Origin: an uncultured Nitrospinaceae bacterium
Lineage (GTDB): Bacteria > UBA8248
Length of the DNA: 64,000 nucleotides
Assembly (NCBI GenBank): GCA_964005815.1
Contig: CAXFSR010000017.1
Location: forward strand, 64,001-128,000
Direction: 5' to 3'
Made by a program: the position numbers and the translations under genes. Below are positions 9,734 through 18,864 of this stretch, in pieces. Position 1 is the stretch's first letter; each line of letters begins with the position of its first letter. The notes beneath the pieces were generated by a model. It saw only the letters and a list, made by a program, of their open reading frames with translations. It was not told the origin of the DNA and did not search any database.

Positions 9734-10141
9734 TTAGCTTATCATTTCTTTTTTTTTCATTAACTTCACATTACTTCTATTTGTGATAATCAAGAAACGT
9801 TCATTCGTTCCTTCAGCTACTTTTTCATACTCGTCAAAGATTTCTGCAGTAAAAAGACACCTCCTTCGATCTCTTTCAATTAATTTTGTCTTAACAGTTA
9901 TCTTCATTCCTTTTGGAGTTCCAGACAAATGATTCAATGATACTTTTGTACCAACAGATGTCATCTTATCTGGCAAAAAAGGAATCAATGATTCAAACGC
10001 TGTTCTTTCCATAAACCTAACCAAATCTGGAGTCGAAACCACTTCAGTTTTGCTCCCCCTTAAATGAAAAGGAACGTGTTCCTCTTCAATCAAAACCGAA
10101 TAAATACCCTCAAGTCCAATAGGAATCTCATCCAAGATCAT
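9734..10141 (-). CDS. Hotdog thioesterase, fluoroacetyl-CoA thioesterase (FlK)-like
   Basis: STPDLVRFME (Thr/Glu), SVGTKVSLNH..TP.G (His), EGTNERF. Confidence 0.82.
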   Translation of the reverse strand: MILDEIPIGLEGIYSVLIEEEHVPFHLRGSKTEVVSTPDLVRFMERTAFESLIPFLPDKMTSVGTKVSLNHLSGTPKGMKITVKTKLIERDRRRCLFTAEIFDEYEKVAEGTNERFLIITNRSNVKLMKKKEMIS

Positions 10142-10153
10142 ATTTTCCTCAAA

Positions 10154-11128
10154 TCAAACAGACAAAACAATTTTTCCAAAAACAGAACCAGTCATTAAAA
10201 TCTCATGTGAACGTGGGGCATCTGCTAAATCTACTATCTCACCTACAACCGAACAAATCTTTTCATTTCTAAGCAAAACTTCTAATTGATCAGTCATACT
10301 TGAAAAAAAACAATCAGAATTAAAAAGACTCATTCCTCTAACATCAATATCTTTTGAATAGAAAGGAGGATACGTCACTGTGCCACTAGGATTTTTCCCG
10401 GTACCTGAACCTAACAAAACAATTGTCCCGAATTTTTTTACAGCCTGACAATCTAAATCAAAGTTTTCACTTGCAACCATCTCAATAATTGAATCTACCC
10501 CTCTTCCAGACGTCTCTTTCAAACATTCAGAAACCCAATCTTCCTCTTTATAATTAAATACTATATCCGCACCAAGATTTTTACAAAACTCAGCTTTTTC
10601 TTGAGAACTAACTGTTGAAATAACAGTTGCACCAGTCGCCTTTGCTATCTGTATAGCCATACTTCCAACCCCACCAGCACCCCCATGGATTAAAATCGTT
10701 TCTCCAGGTTTAATAGAAGCTTTGTAAACTAGTGCGTAATATGCTGTATATAAAACACATGGGAAGGAAGCTCCCTGAATAAAATCAAAATTGTCAGGTA
10801 AAATTGCTGAACGGTGAGCACTTAAGAGAGAAAGCTCTGCATAACTTCCACTCGTAGAAGAACCAAAAACTCTATCTCCTTCTTTAAAATTCTCCACACC
10901 TTCACCTACAGAAACAACCTCTCCGGCAGCATCAATCCCAGGGACCCACGGCAACTCCAAACCCTTAGAAAGGGGATGTGCTCCAGAACGAAAAGTTGTA
11001 TCTACTGGATTAACACCTGCACCCCTTACTTTAACTAAAATTTCACCTTCGGAAGGAATAGGATCATCCATCTCTCCTAATTTCATAACATCTGGGTCGC
11101 CAAAAGAATTTACTTGAATAGCTTTCAT
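10154..11128 (-). CDS. NADPH:quinone reductase (zeta-crystallin/MDR family)
   Basis: GVNPVD, PGIDAAG, LIHGGAGGVG, GKIVL. Confidence 0.88.
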   Translation of the reverse strand: MKAIQVNSFGDPDVMKLGEMDDPIPSEGEILVKVRGAGVNPVDTTFRSGAHPLSKGLELPWVPGIDAAGEVVSVGEGVENFKEGDRVFGSSTSGSYAELSLLSAHRSAILPDNFDFIQGASFPCVLYTAYYALVYKASIKPGETILIHGGAGGVGSMAIQIAKATGATVISTVSSQEKAEFCKNLGADIVFNYKEEDWVSECLKETSGRGVDSIIEMVASENFDLDCQAVKKFGTIVLLGSGTGKNPSGTVTYPPFYSKDIDVRGMSLFNSDCFFSSMTDQLEVLLRNEKICSVVGEIVDLADAPRSHEILMTGSVFGKIVLSV

Positions 11129-11266
11129 TTTATCCCCCTTTGAAAAAAACCATTTTAATATGAAGATATTTCAAGAAATTTATACCTAGTTAACAATTGA
11201 ATCAATCAAAGAATCAAAGAAGAAATTTTATGTCGTGTTTCAAACAGCAAGTCACAATTTAGGTAC

Positions 11267-11296
11267 TTGACAAGAAAAGCGAGCGAAAGATAAGGT
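11267..11296 (+). promoter_or_regulatory. Possible sigma70 promoter of the TAXI-TRAP operon
   Basis: TTGACA (11267-11272), 18-nt spacer, TAAGGT; weak given the AT-rich background. Confidence 0.3.
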
Positions 11297-11431
11297 TCTT
11301 ATATCCATGAAACTTTTATTTTTAATTGATTCGTAAAAAATTATCTTTGGAATTGCTTCGTTTTTATTTATTTTTTGCGATTCTAAATTTTTTGGTCTCG
11401 TTAGCTTTTTTAAATATAAGGAGAGTTTTCA

Positions 11432-12430
11432 ATGCGCAAATTTTTTTCAGTTTTTGTTGCAATACTTGCAGTTGTAGCCTTTGGATTTGCTTCCGCTAAT
11501 GCTGTTGAAAGATATAAGTTTGGAAGTGGTCCAGCTGGAGGTGGATGGAATCCTGCTATTGGTGCAGGCGTCCAACTACTAAATAAATCTTTATCCGGCA
11601 AGGGACTAAAGTACGCTCATGTTCCTTCTCAAGGTTCAGTAGCGAATATACGTCGTGTAGCAAAAGGAAGTTTCCATACGACTTGGGGTCATGTCGTACA
11701 GGTAGTTCAACAATGGAACGGAACCGGAAAATTTAAAAAAGACGGTGTTAGAAGAGATTTCAGAATTATTGCTAACGTTAGGGCACAATCACAGATTATT
11801 GCTGTTTTAGCAGATAGTCCAATTAAATCTTTCTCTGACATGGCAGGAAAAAGAGTAAATCTTCTATCTAGAGGCACAGGAAGTAACGTTAACTGTATGA
11901 ATATGTTTAAAGGTGCAGGAATATTCAATAAAATAGAGAAACGTTTCTTAGGATTCCGCGACTCTGGAAGAGCACTTGGAGATCGTCAGATAGATGTTTA
12001 TTGTTCTGCTGGTGCTCCTTTTACTATTCCGGCTCTTACACAGTTATCTGTAAGAAAACCTGTACGTTATGTGGGACTTAGTGAATCTGAGCAAAAAAAA
12101 GTTGTTAGTACATTCCCTTTCTATACACCTGTTACAATTCCACCTTTATCAGAAGTAAAGGGACAAACTTCCCACGCAAGATCTATTGCATATGATGTTT
12201 TCTGGGTTGCACATAAATCAATGTCTGACAAGGGTATTTATGAGATGTTAAAAGTTATTGCAGACCCAGGAAATCTAAAAAAACTTACGAAAGCTGCAAG
12301 ATATTGGGCTAAGTTAAGTGGAAAATTTGACAACCTCAAAGTACATAAAGTTCACGTCCATCCAGCTGCAGCACGTTATTGGAGAAGCCGTGGAACCAAT
12401 GTGCCGGGTAGCGTAGTAAAAGGTTACTAA
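11432..12430 (+). CDS. TAXI-family TRAP transporter solute-binding protein
   Basis: Signal peptide ending ASANA, GSGPAGGGW, SQGSVANI, GKRVN..RGTGS, VHPAAARYW; AAGGAG RBS. Confidence 0.88.
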   Translation: MRKFFSVFVAILAVVAFGFASANAVERYKFGSGPAGGGWNPAIGAGVQLLNKSLSGKGLKYAHVPSQGSVANIRRVAKGSFHTTWGHVVQVVQQWNGTGKFKKDGVRRDFRIIANVRAQSQIIAVLADSPIKSFSDMAGKRVNLLSRGTGSNVNCMNMFKGAGIFNKIEKRFLGFRDSGRALGDRQIDVYCSAGAPFTIPALTQLSVRKPVRYVGLSESEQKKVVSTFPFYTPVTIPPLSEVKGQTSHARSIAYDVFWVAHKSMSDKGIYEMLKVIADPGNLKKLTKAARYWAKLSGKFDNLKVHKVHVHPAAARYWRSRGTNVPGSVVKGY

Positions 12431-12444
12431 AATTTAATTTCAAT

Positions 12445-12477
12445 TATTGGGGGGGACAAAATTTGTTCCTCCCAATA
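12445..12477 (+). terminator. Intercistronic stem-loop after the binding-protein gene (mRNA stabiliser or partial terminator)
   Basis: TATTGGGGGGGACAA-AAT-TTGTTCCTCCCAATA, 15-bp stem with two G-U pairs, no strong U-tract. Confidence 0.6.
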
Positions 12478-12519
12478 CATTCCAATTCTCTCGTTTTTTA
12501 TAGAATTTTAGGATACTAG

Positions 12520-14997
12520 ATGCTTAAGAAACTAATGCCTCTTCTTATAAAAATAGGAATAATCTCAGAAGAATTTATCGAACCTAGAAAAATTTTTGGA
12601 ATTAGTTCAGTTTTAGTTTCAATCATTGCTGTTTCATTTTCTTATTTTTTCGTTCATGTAGCATTTTTTGGTCCTCCTATCACTGAAATTTTCAAGGGAA
12701 CTTACATACTAGGAACGGCAGTCTTGAGTCTTCTTATATATAAAGGAAGACAAAAAACGATATATGAACGTTTTGTTTTTCTAGACGAACTCTTCGCAAT
12801 TTTATCTATTACAACCATATGTGTTTTTGGAACAATTTGGATTTATTGGTTCTTTATATCACCTGTTGAGGCTTGGAATAAATTCTATGACCAAAAAGTT
12901 TTTTATATTGGAATCTTGGGATTCATTGTTGGAATAATTATTTATTGGAAAGAAGCAACTTCAAAAGTTACTGACCGTTTTACTACTTCTGACATAATTT
13001 ACCTTCTAGGTGTAACTGGCGCAATGATTTGGTGGCGCTATAGCAACGAAACCTTACAAGAAGAAATGGGTGGAGATGTACCTACAATGCTTGTCATTTC
13101 TGCGTGGCTGGTAATTCCAGTTAGTATGGAAATTGCAAGAAGGGTCGTTGGACCAATAATTCCTTTCTTAGGTTTTTGTTTCCTTGTATACAGTTTCAGG
13201 CCAGTAGCCCATTCATTTCCAGGGCTCCTATGGCATGATGGAAATAATATCGACCGTATTTCTGAGTTCTTAATGCTTCAATCTGATGGTTTAACCGGAC
13301 TCATTGCAGATGTTTTTGCTAACTATATGGTAATTTTTGTCGTTCTCGGTGCATTCTTAGAAAAAACTGGTCTAGGTGCACTCTTTATTGATACAACTTA
13401 TCGTCTCACCGGTCAGAGAACTGGAGGACCAGGATTAACTGCAGTCGTTTCTAGTGGTCTTTTTGGAATGATATCAGGCAGTGGAGTTGCAAATGTTGTT
13501 ACAACGGGAACATTTACCATTCCCCTTATGAAAAGAGTAGGATACAGATCTGAATTTGCTGGCGCTGTCGAAGCATCGGCATCGACTGGAGGTGCTTATA
13601 TGCCCCCTATTATGGGTTCAGGTGCCTTTCTACTAGCACAATTTACAGAAATTAGCTATTTTGAAGTGATAAAATATGCAATTCTACCTGCTATTCTTTA
13701 TTATCTTTCAGTTGGCTACATAGTTTATATTCGTGCTGTTAATCGAGGTCTAACTGGAGTTCCTGTTTCAGAATTACCTCTATGGAGTAAAATAATACCT
13801 AGACTGTATTTACTCATTCCTATTCCACTCATGGTTTATTATTTAGTTGCAGGAGATTCCGCTTTTCTAGCAGCTTTTAAAACAATTTGTGCTATCGTTT
13901 TACTGAAAACTACAGATTTACTTACAACAGTTCAAACTCCATATACACGAAAATTTTCAAAACCTATTCTAATTTTAACTATTGTTCTAGGCATTATCGT
14001 CTATTTCTTTGGTCTGAAAATCGGTGCACCTTTTTCTTGGTTTGCTGATACACAAAGAGGGCTAAACTTCGGAGATGCGATTTTTTGGACACTTGCCTTT
14101 TATACAATTCTAAAAATCTGTGAAATATTTTTTGCCTCTCTTTCAGTAGATAATTCCGTTCAGAATTCTATTTCGAATGAAGAATCTGAGATAGAGGTAA
14201 GCGGGTCTGATGCATTAAATTCTTTAAAAAATAGATCTATAGACTTAGTAAAATCTATCTGGATCTCCTTAGAATCCGGAGCAAAAAGTTCGGTAATCGT
14301 GGGTAGTATTGCCGGTGTGCTTAGCATACTTCTATCAACTGCCACACAAAGTGACTTGCCGGGTCGAGTATCCGATCTACTGATTCAGTTTAGTTTCGGT
14401 CTCTTACCAATGACTATTTTCTGGATAATCATAGCAGGCTACATTGTAGGAATGGGATTACCTATTGCTGCAAGTTATGTTGTTCTTGTAATCTTTGGTG
14501 TTTTATCACTAACAAATTTAGGAGTCCCAACACTAGCAGCTCATTTGATCTGCTACTGGGTTGCCGTTGTAAGCGCAGTAACTCCACCTGTTGCTTTAGC
14601 AGCATATGCTGCAAGTGCAATTGCCTCCTCTGATCCAATTAAGACTGGGTTCCAGGCGATGAAACTTTCTTCATGGATTTTTATCATGCCTTTCTTATTT
14701 GTCTATACACCTCTTCTTCTAACAGGAACCTACCTTGAAATTACTATTACTGTTATTGCCTGTTTACTAGGTATTGTTTCTTGGGCGAGTTTTATGGAAA
14801 ATTTCTTGATAAAACAGACTAAATTTTTAGAATGGATACTACTATTCATAGCATCCGTTTTCCTGCTTCTCCCTATCGATAATCTTCTTACATGGATTTC
14901 TCCATTAGAAGGTCAATTCGATTGGATTTTTTATTTTATGGGGGCCATATTACTGGTTTCAGCATTTTTATTACAAACAAAAAGAAAGGAAGTATAA
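12520..14997 (+). CDS. TRAP transporter fused 4TM/12TM permease
   Basis: GAFLEKTGLG, GGPG, GMISGSGVANVVTTG.FTIP.MK, EASASTGG..MPPIMG, TPPVALAAYAA. Confidence 0.92.
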   Translation: MLKKLMPLLIKIGIISEEFIEPRKIFGISSVLVSIIAVSFSYFFVHVAFFGPPITEIFKGTYILGTAVLSLLIYKGRQKTIYERFVFLDELFAILSITTICVFGTIWIYWFFISPVEAWNKFYDQKVFYIGILGFIVGIIIYWKEATSKVTDRFTTSDIIYLLGVTGAMIWWRYSNETLQEEMGGDVPTMLVISAWLVIPVSMEIARRVVGPIIPFLGFCFLVYSFRPVAHSFPGLLWHDGNNIDRISEFLMLQSDGLTGLIADVFANYMVIFVVLGAFLEKTGLGALFIDTTYRLTGQRTGGPGLTAVVSSGLFGMISGSGVANVVTTGTFTIPLMKRVGYRSEFAGAVEASASTGGAYMPPIMGSGAFLLAQFTEISYFEVIKYAILPAILYYLSVGYIVYIRAVNRGLTGVPVSELPLWSKIIPRLYLLIPIPLMVYYLVAGDSAFLAAFKTICAIVLLKTTDLLTTVQTPYTRKFSKPILILTIVLGIIVYFFGLKIGAPFSWFADTQRGLNFGDAIFWTLAFYTILKICEIFFASLSVDNSVQNSISNEESEIEVSGSDALNSLKNRSIDLVKSIWISLESGAKSSVIVGSIAGVLSILLSTATQSDLPGRVSDLLIQFSFGLLPMTIFWIIIAGYIVGMGLPIAASYVVLVIFGVLSLTNLGVPTLAAHLICYWVAVVSAVTPPVALAAYAASAIASSDPIKTGFQAMKLSSWIFIMPFLFVYTPLLLTGTYLEITITVIACLLGIVSWASFMENFLIKQTKFLEWILLFIASVFLLLPIDNLLTWISPLEGQFDWIFYFMGAILLVSAFLLQTKRKEV

Positions 14998-14998
14998 C

Positions 14999-15388
14999 TT
15001 GGGTTCAATAGAGTCATTTCATCATGTACATTTAATAAGTTCTGACCCAGTTAAAACATCAAAATGGTATATGGACTTTTTGGATGCTGACCTAACTCAT
15101 GAAGACAAAAAGCATGGAGCTATAAATATTAGATTACAAATAGGAAATTTAAATCTATTTATACGTGGATTACGAGAAAAGGAGGAACTCTCATCCAAAC
15201 AAAACATATTACAAGAAGGTATTCATCATATCGGACTCATGGTTGATGACATAAAAGAAATGATGAAAAAGACAACAGAAAATGGGGCAACAGAAATAGA
15301 AGAAATTCATACCGGAGTTACAGGAAATTGGGTTTCATTTATTCGTACCCCTGAAGGAGTATTGATTGAGTTCCTCCAAAAAAAATGA
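14999..15388 (+). CDS. VOC (glyoxalase) family protein
   Basis: FHHVHL, IHHIGLMVDD, PEGVLIEF. Confidence 0.82.
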   Translation: MGSIESFHHVHLISSDPVKTSKWYMDFLDADLTHEDKKHGAINIRLQIGNLNLFIRGLREKEELSSKQNILQEGIHHIGLMVDDIKEMMKKTTENGATEIEEIHTGVTGNWVSFIRTPEGVLIEFLQKK

Positions 15389-16037
15389 AGAAGCAAATCC
15401 AAAAACAAACAAAAAACTATTCCCACCAAAATTAAATCGCGTTCAGCATATTGGAATAAAAGTTCACAATTTAGATTTGGCTGTCGAATTTTATAGAGAC
15501 ATTATGGGAATGAAAATATCTGACAAATATGAACCAGGAGATAACCCCCATAATCCTTGGGGAATTTGTTTCTTAAGAAGTGGAAATCTTCATCACGAGA
15601 TATCACTTATCGGTTACGACAAAAAAGAGAATCTCAAACCAAATAGAATTGGAATAAGAGAGCCAGGAGTAGGATTACATCATATTGCTTTCGAGGTAGA
15701 TTCTAAAGAAGAATTTGAATCTTGGATAAGTCATCTAAAAGAAAATAAAATTGAATTTACTGCTGGTCCATTAGTTCATAGTCCTACCCATCCCGAAGGA
15801 GACGGAACTTTAGGAGAAAATAGAGCACTATATTTTTATGATCCATCGGGAAATGGAATAGAAATTTTTTGTGATATGGCACGAATCAATGAAGAAGATA
15901 ATTCTATAGAGGAAAAATGGTTCAGAGATCGTTTGCAAAAGGATGGATATTCAAGAAATTCCTGCAATCCATCTAGACCATGGATCCCTGGTCGATCTAG
16001 TATGGAAGGCGCTATCGAAAAATTTGGGAAAAAGTAA
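15366..16037 (+). CDS. VOC family protein, extradiol dioxygenase C-domain-like
   Basis: QHIGIKV, HHEISL, GLHHIAFEV, LYFYDPSGNGIE (His/His/Glu metal triad). Confidence 0.8.
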   Translation: MSSSKKNEEANPKTNKKLFPPKLNRVQHIGIKVHNLDLAVEFYRDIMGMKISDKYEPGDNPHNPWGICFLRSGNLHHEISLIGYDKKENLKPNRIGIREPGVGLHHIAFEVDSKEEFESWISHLKENKIEFTAGPLVHSPTHPEGDGTLGENRALYFYDPSGNGIEIFCDMARINEEDNSIEEKWFRDRLQKDGYSRNSCNPSRPWIPGRSSMEGAIEKFGKK

Positions 16038-16083
16038 TTTGTAATTGGACAGTTTAATTCTATATTTCTATTGAGAGGATAAT

Positions 16084-16899
16084 TTGGATAATCAAAATTG
16101 GTATAATATTCAGGAATTTGCACCAAATACATTCCAATTTAATGAAGCTGAACTCTGGAACATGTTTCTATTAATTGGTGAAGAAAAAGCTGTTTCCATT
16201 GATGGGGGAATTGGAATTGGAAGTGTGAGAAAATTGTGTGAAAGTATCACATCACTCCCGATTGAACATATCTTGACTCATACTCACTGGGACCATTTAG
16301 GCTCAATACATGAATGGGAATCTATTGCAGTTCACGAAAATGGGAAAAACAACTTATCTAATGATTTTGCAGAAGGATGCAAAGACTTTATTTCGAATTG
16401 GAAAGGGAAAGAATTTCCAGAAAATTTTGTTTCAGAAAATTTCAAGTTGAAGCCAGGTGTATTTGGCGAACCTCTTTATGAGGGGCAAATAATTGATCTT
16501 GGCAATAGGAAATTACACATTTATGAAACACCCGGCCATTCACCAGATAGTATTTCTATCTATGATGAAAAAGAAGGTGTGTTAATAACTGGAGATTTAG
16601 TAAAACCACATATGCCGCTTTTTATTCAAGTACCAACTGCGGTTTTATCAGATTACGGCCCCTCACTTAGAAGGCTTGAATCCATTTCAAAAGAAAAGAA
16701 TGTACAATGGATTTGCTCTGGACATTCGGAACCGTTCAAAGATTTAAGTATAATTTCCGAAATGGCTGATTTTGTTGAAAAAATAGAAAAGGGAAATATC
16801 GAGCCTCCTAAAAAAATTGAAGCTGGAAAATGGGGATTTATAGATGAATATCGCGCAGAAAGATTCCAGGTTTGGATTAATGATAATGCACGAAGATAA
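16084..16899 (+). CDS. MBL-fold metallo-hydrolase
   Basis: THTHWDH, TPGHSPD, TGD, SGH motifs. Confidence 0.87.
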   Translation: MDNQNWYNIQEFAPNTFQFNEAELWNMFLLIGEEKAVSIDGGIGIGSVRKLCESITSLPIEHILTHTHWDHLGSIHEWESIAVHENGKNNLSNDFAEGCKDFISNWKGKEFPENFVSENFKLKPGVFGEPLYEGQIIDLGNRKLHIYETPGHSPDSISIYDEKEGVLITGDLVKPHMPLFIQVPTAVLSDYGPSLRRLESISKEKNVQWICSGHSEPFKDLSIISEMADFVEKIEKGNIEPPKKIEAGKWGFIDEYRAERFQVWINDNARR

Positions 16900-18860
16900 T
16901 GAGAAGGACTAAAATGACTAATGAAGATGTAATTTGGAAACCCAATGAAGATTTCTTGCAAAATAGCAATATTGCCCTACTAATGAAAAAATTAGGATTT
17001 ACAGACTATAGAGAATTTCTTGATTGGTCGGTAAAAGATATACGAGTCTTCTGGGAAGTTATCTTGGAAGATATGAACTTTCAATGGCACAAAAAATATC
17101 ATACGCTCCTAGATCTCAACAATGGCTTTCCTTGGGCAAAATGGTTTGTAGGTGGAGTAACAAATATCACTACAAATTGTTTAGATAGACATGTTTTGAG
17201 CGAACGTAAAGATCAAGTTGCATTAATATGGGAAAGTGATGAAGGGAATCAAATTTCTTTCACATATAACCAGCTTTCTAAAAAAGTAAATAAACTATCT
17301 AATGCAATGAGAAATGCTGGGCTAAAAAGTGGTGATGTCGCTGGGGTTTTCCTTCCTTTATTACCAGAAGCAGTAATAACTATGTATGCATGTTTCAAAA
17401 ATGGCATCGCAGTACTTCCTATTTTTTCAGGATTTGGGCCCGAAGGACTTGCTGAAAGACTTATTCATTCGAAAGCTAAAATTTTATTCACATCAAATGG
17501 TGCAGTTAGAAGAGGAAAGGTCATTCCACTAAAAAACACAGTGGATATAGCTTTACAACAAGAGACCTTTATAGAAAAAGTTATACTTGTAGAAAGAGCA
17601 GATTTAGAGGTCCCCATTAATAAAGGAAGAGATATTACATGGAATGAATTTATATCATCAGAATCTGATATTGCAGAAACCGAGAATTTACCTGCCGATA
17701 GTATTTCAATGATCATGTACACCTCAGGGACTACGGGAAAACCAAAAGGTACGGTTTATTCGCATGCCGGTTTAATGAGTGGACCTGGACGGGAGTTGAA
17801 ATACTGCTTCGACATGAGAGACAACGACATTATGTTCTGGGTTACAGATTTTGGTTGGGTTATGGCGCCTTATGAACTTGTTGGCTCGCATTTCAACGGG
17901 CATACATGTTTTCTTTACGAAAGCGTGCCAAATCATCCAGAACCTGACAGACTTTGGAAAATGATTTCAGATTCAAAGATAACCCATCTTGGCCTATCTC
18001 CTACAGCAGTTAGAGTTTTAATAGGTGAAGGTGACCATTGGGTAGAAAAACATGACCTATCTACCTTAAGGGTTCTTGGTTCTACTGGTGAACCCTGGGA
18101 TATAGAATCTTATCTTTGGTATTTCAATAAAGTGGGGGCAAAGAAATGTCCAGTAATGAATATTTCTGGAGGAACGGAAATTGGAGCATGTATTTTGCAA
18201 CCACTCCCAGTGATGGAATTAACCCCGTGTACACTCGGTGCTCCTGCAATGGGAACGGACGCAGATGTTTTTGACGATCAAGGCAATCCCGTTCGTAACG
18301 AAGTCGGACATCTGGTACTAAAACAACCCATTCCTTCCCTAACAATGGGATTTCTAAATGATTCAGATAGATACCTAGAAACTTATTTCTCTCGCTGGGA
18401 AAATATTTGGTATCATGGGGACTGGGCTAAAGTAGACGAAGAGGGATTCTGGTATCTGTTCGGTCGTTCGGACGATACTATAAAGGTTTCTGGAAAAAGA
18501 GTAGGTCCAAATGAAATTGAATCAGAACTTCAGAAACATCCTGGAGTTTTAGAAACGGCAGTAATTGGAACTCCTCATCCTGTAAAAGGAGAAGCAATCA
18601 CCTGTTTCATAGTTCTTGCTAACAATTACAAAGCAACCGATGATTTAAGAGAAGAACTAAAAGATCAAGCAGTAAAATACTTGGGTAAAAGTTTAAGACC
18701 AGATGAAATTAAATTTGTAGAATTTCTTCCTAAAACAAGGTCAGCAAAAATTGTAAGGGGAGCTATCAAAAAGATTTATCTTGGTGAAGACATTCAACAC
18801 ATGGATTTAAGTTCTCTAGAAGATCCTTCACATCTTAATGCTATTAAAAACGCAAAATAA
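16899..18860 (+). CDS. AMP-forming acyl-CoA synthetase (acetyl/acetoacetyl-CoA ligase-like)
   Basis: YTSGTTGKPKG, STGEPW, NISGGTEI, WYHGD, GRSDD, PKTRSAKI. Confidence 0.9.
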   Translation: MRRTKMTNEDVIWKPNEDFLQNSNIALLMKKLGFTDYREFLDWSVKDIRVFWEVILEDMNFQWHKKYHTLLDLNNGFPWAKWFVGGVTNITTNCLDRHVLSERKDQVALIWESDEGNQISFTYNQLSKKVNKLSNAMRNAGLKSGDVAGVFLPLLPEAVITMYACFKNGIAVLPIFSGFGPEGLAERLIHSKAKILFTSNGAVRRGKVIPLKNTVDIALQQETFIEKVILVERADLEVPINKGRDITWNEFISSESDIAETENLPADSISMIMYTSGTTGKPKGTVYSHAGLMSGPGRELKYCFDMRDNDIMFWVTDFGWVMAPYELVGSHFNGHTCFLYESVPNHPEPDRLWKMISDSKITHLGLSPTAVRVLIGEGDHWVEKHDLSTLRVLGSTGEPWDIESYLWYFNKVGAKKCPVMNISGGTEIGACILQPLPVMELTPCTLGAPAMGTDADVFDDQGNPVRNEVGHLVLKQPIPSLTMGFLNDSDRYLETYFSRWENIWYHGDWAKVDEEGFWYLFGRSDDTIKVSGKRVGPNEIESELQKHPGVLETAVIGTPHPVKGEAITCFIVLANNYKATDDLREELKDQAVKYLGKSLRPDEIKFVEFLPKTRSAKIVRGAIKKIYLGEDIQHMDLSSLEDPSHLNAIKNAK

Positions 18861-18864
18861 GAAA

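Noticed and set aside
14999..16037. Possible frameshifted or read-through fusion of the two VOC genes
   Set aside because: Each is a complete VOC unit and the second has its own AAGGAG RBS before TTG 15366
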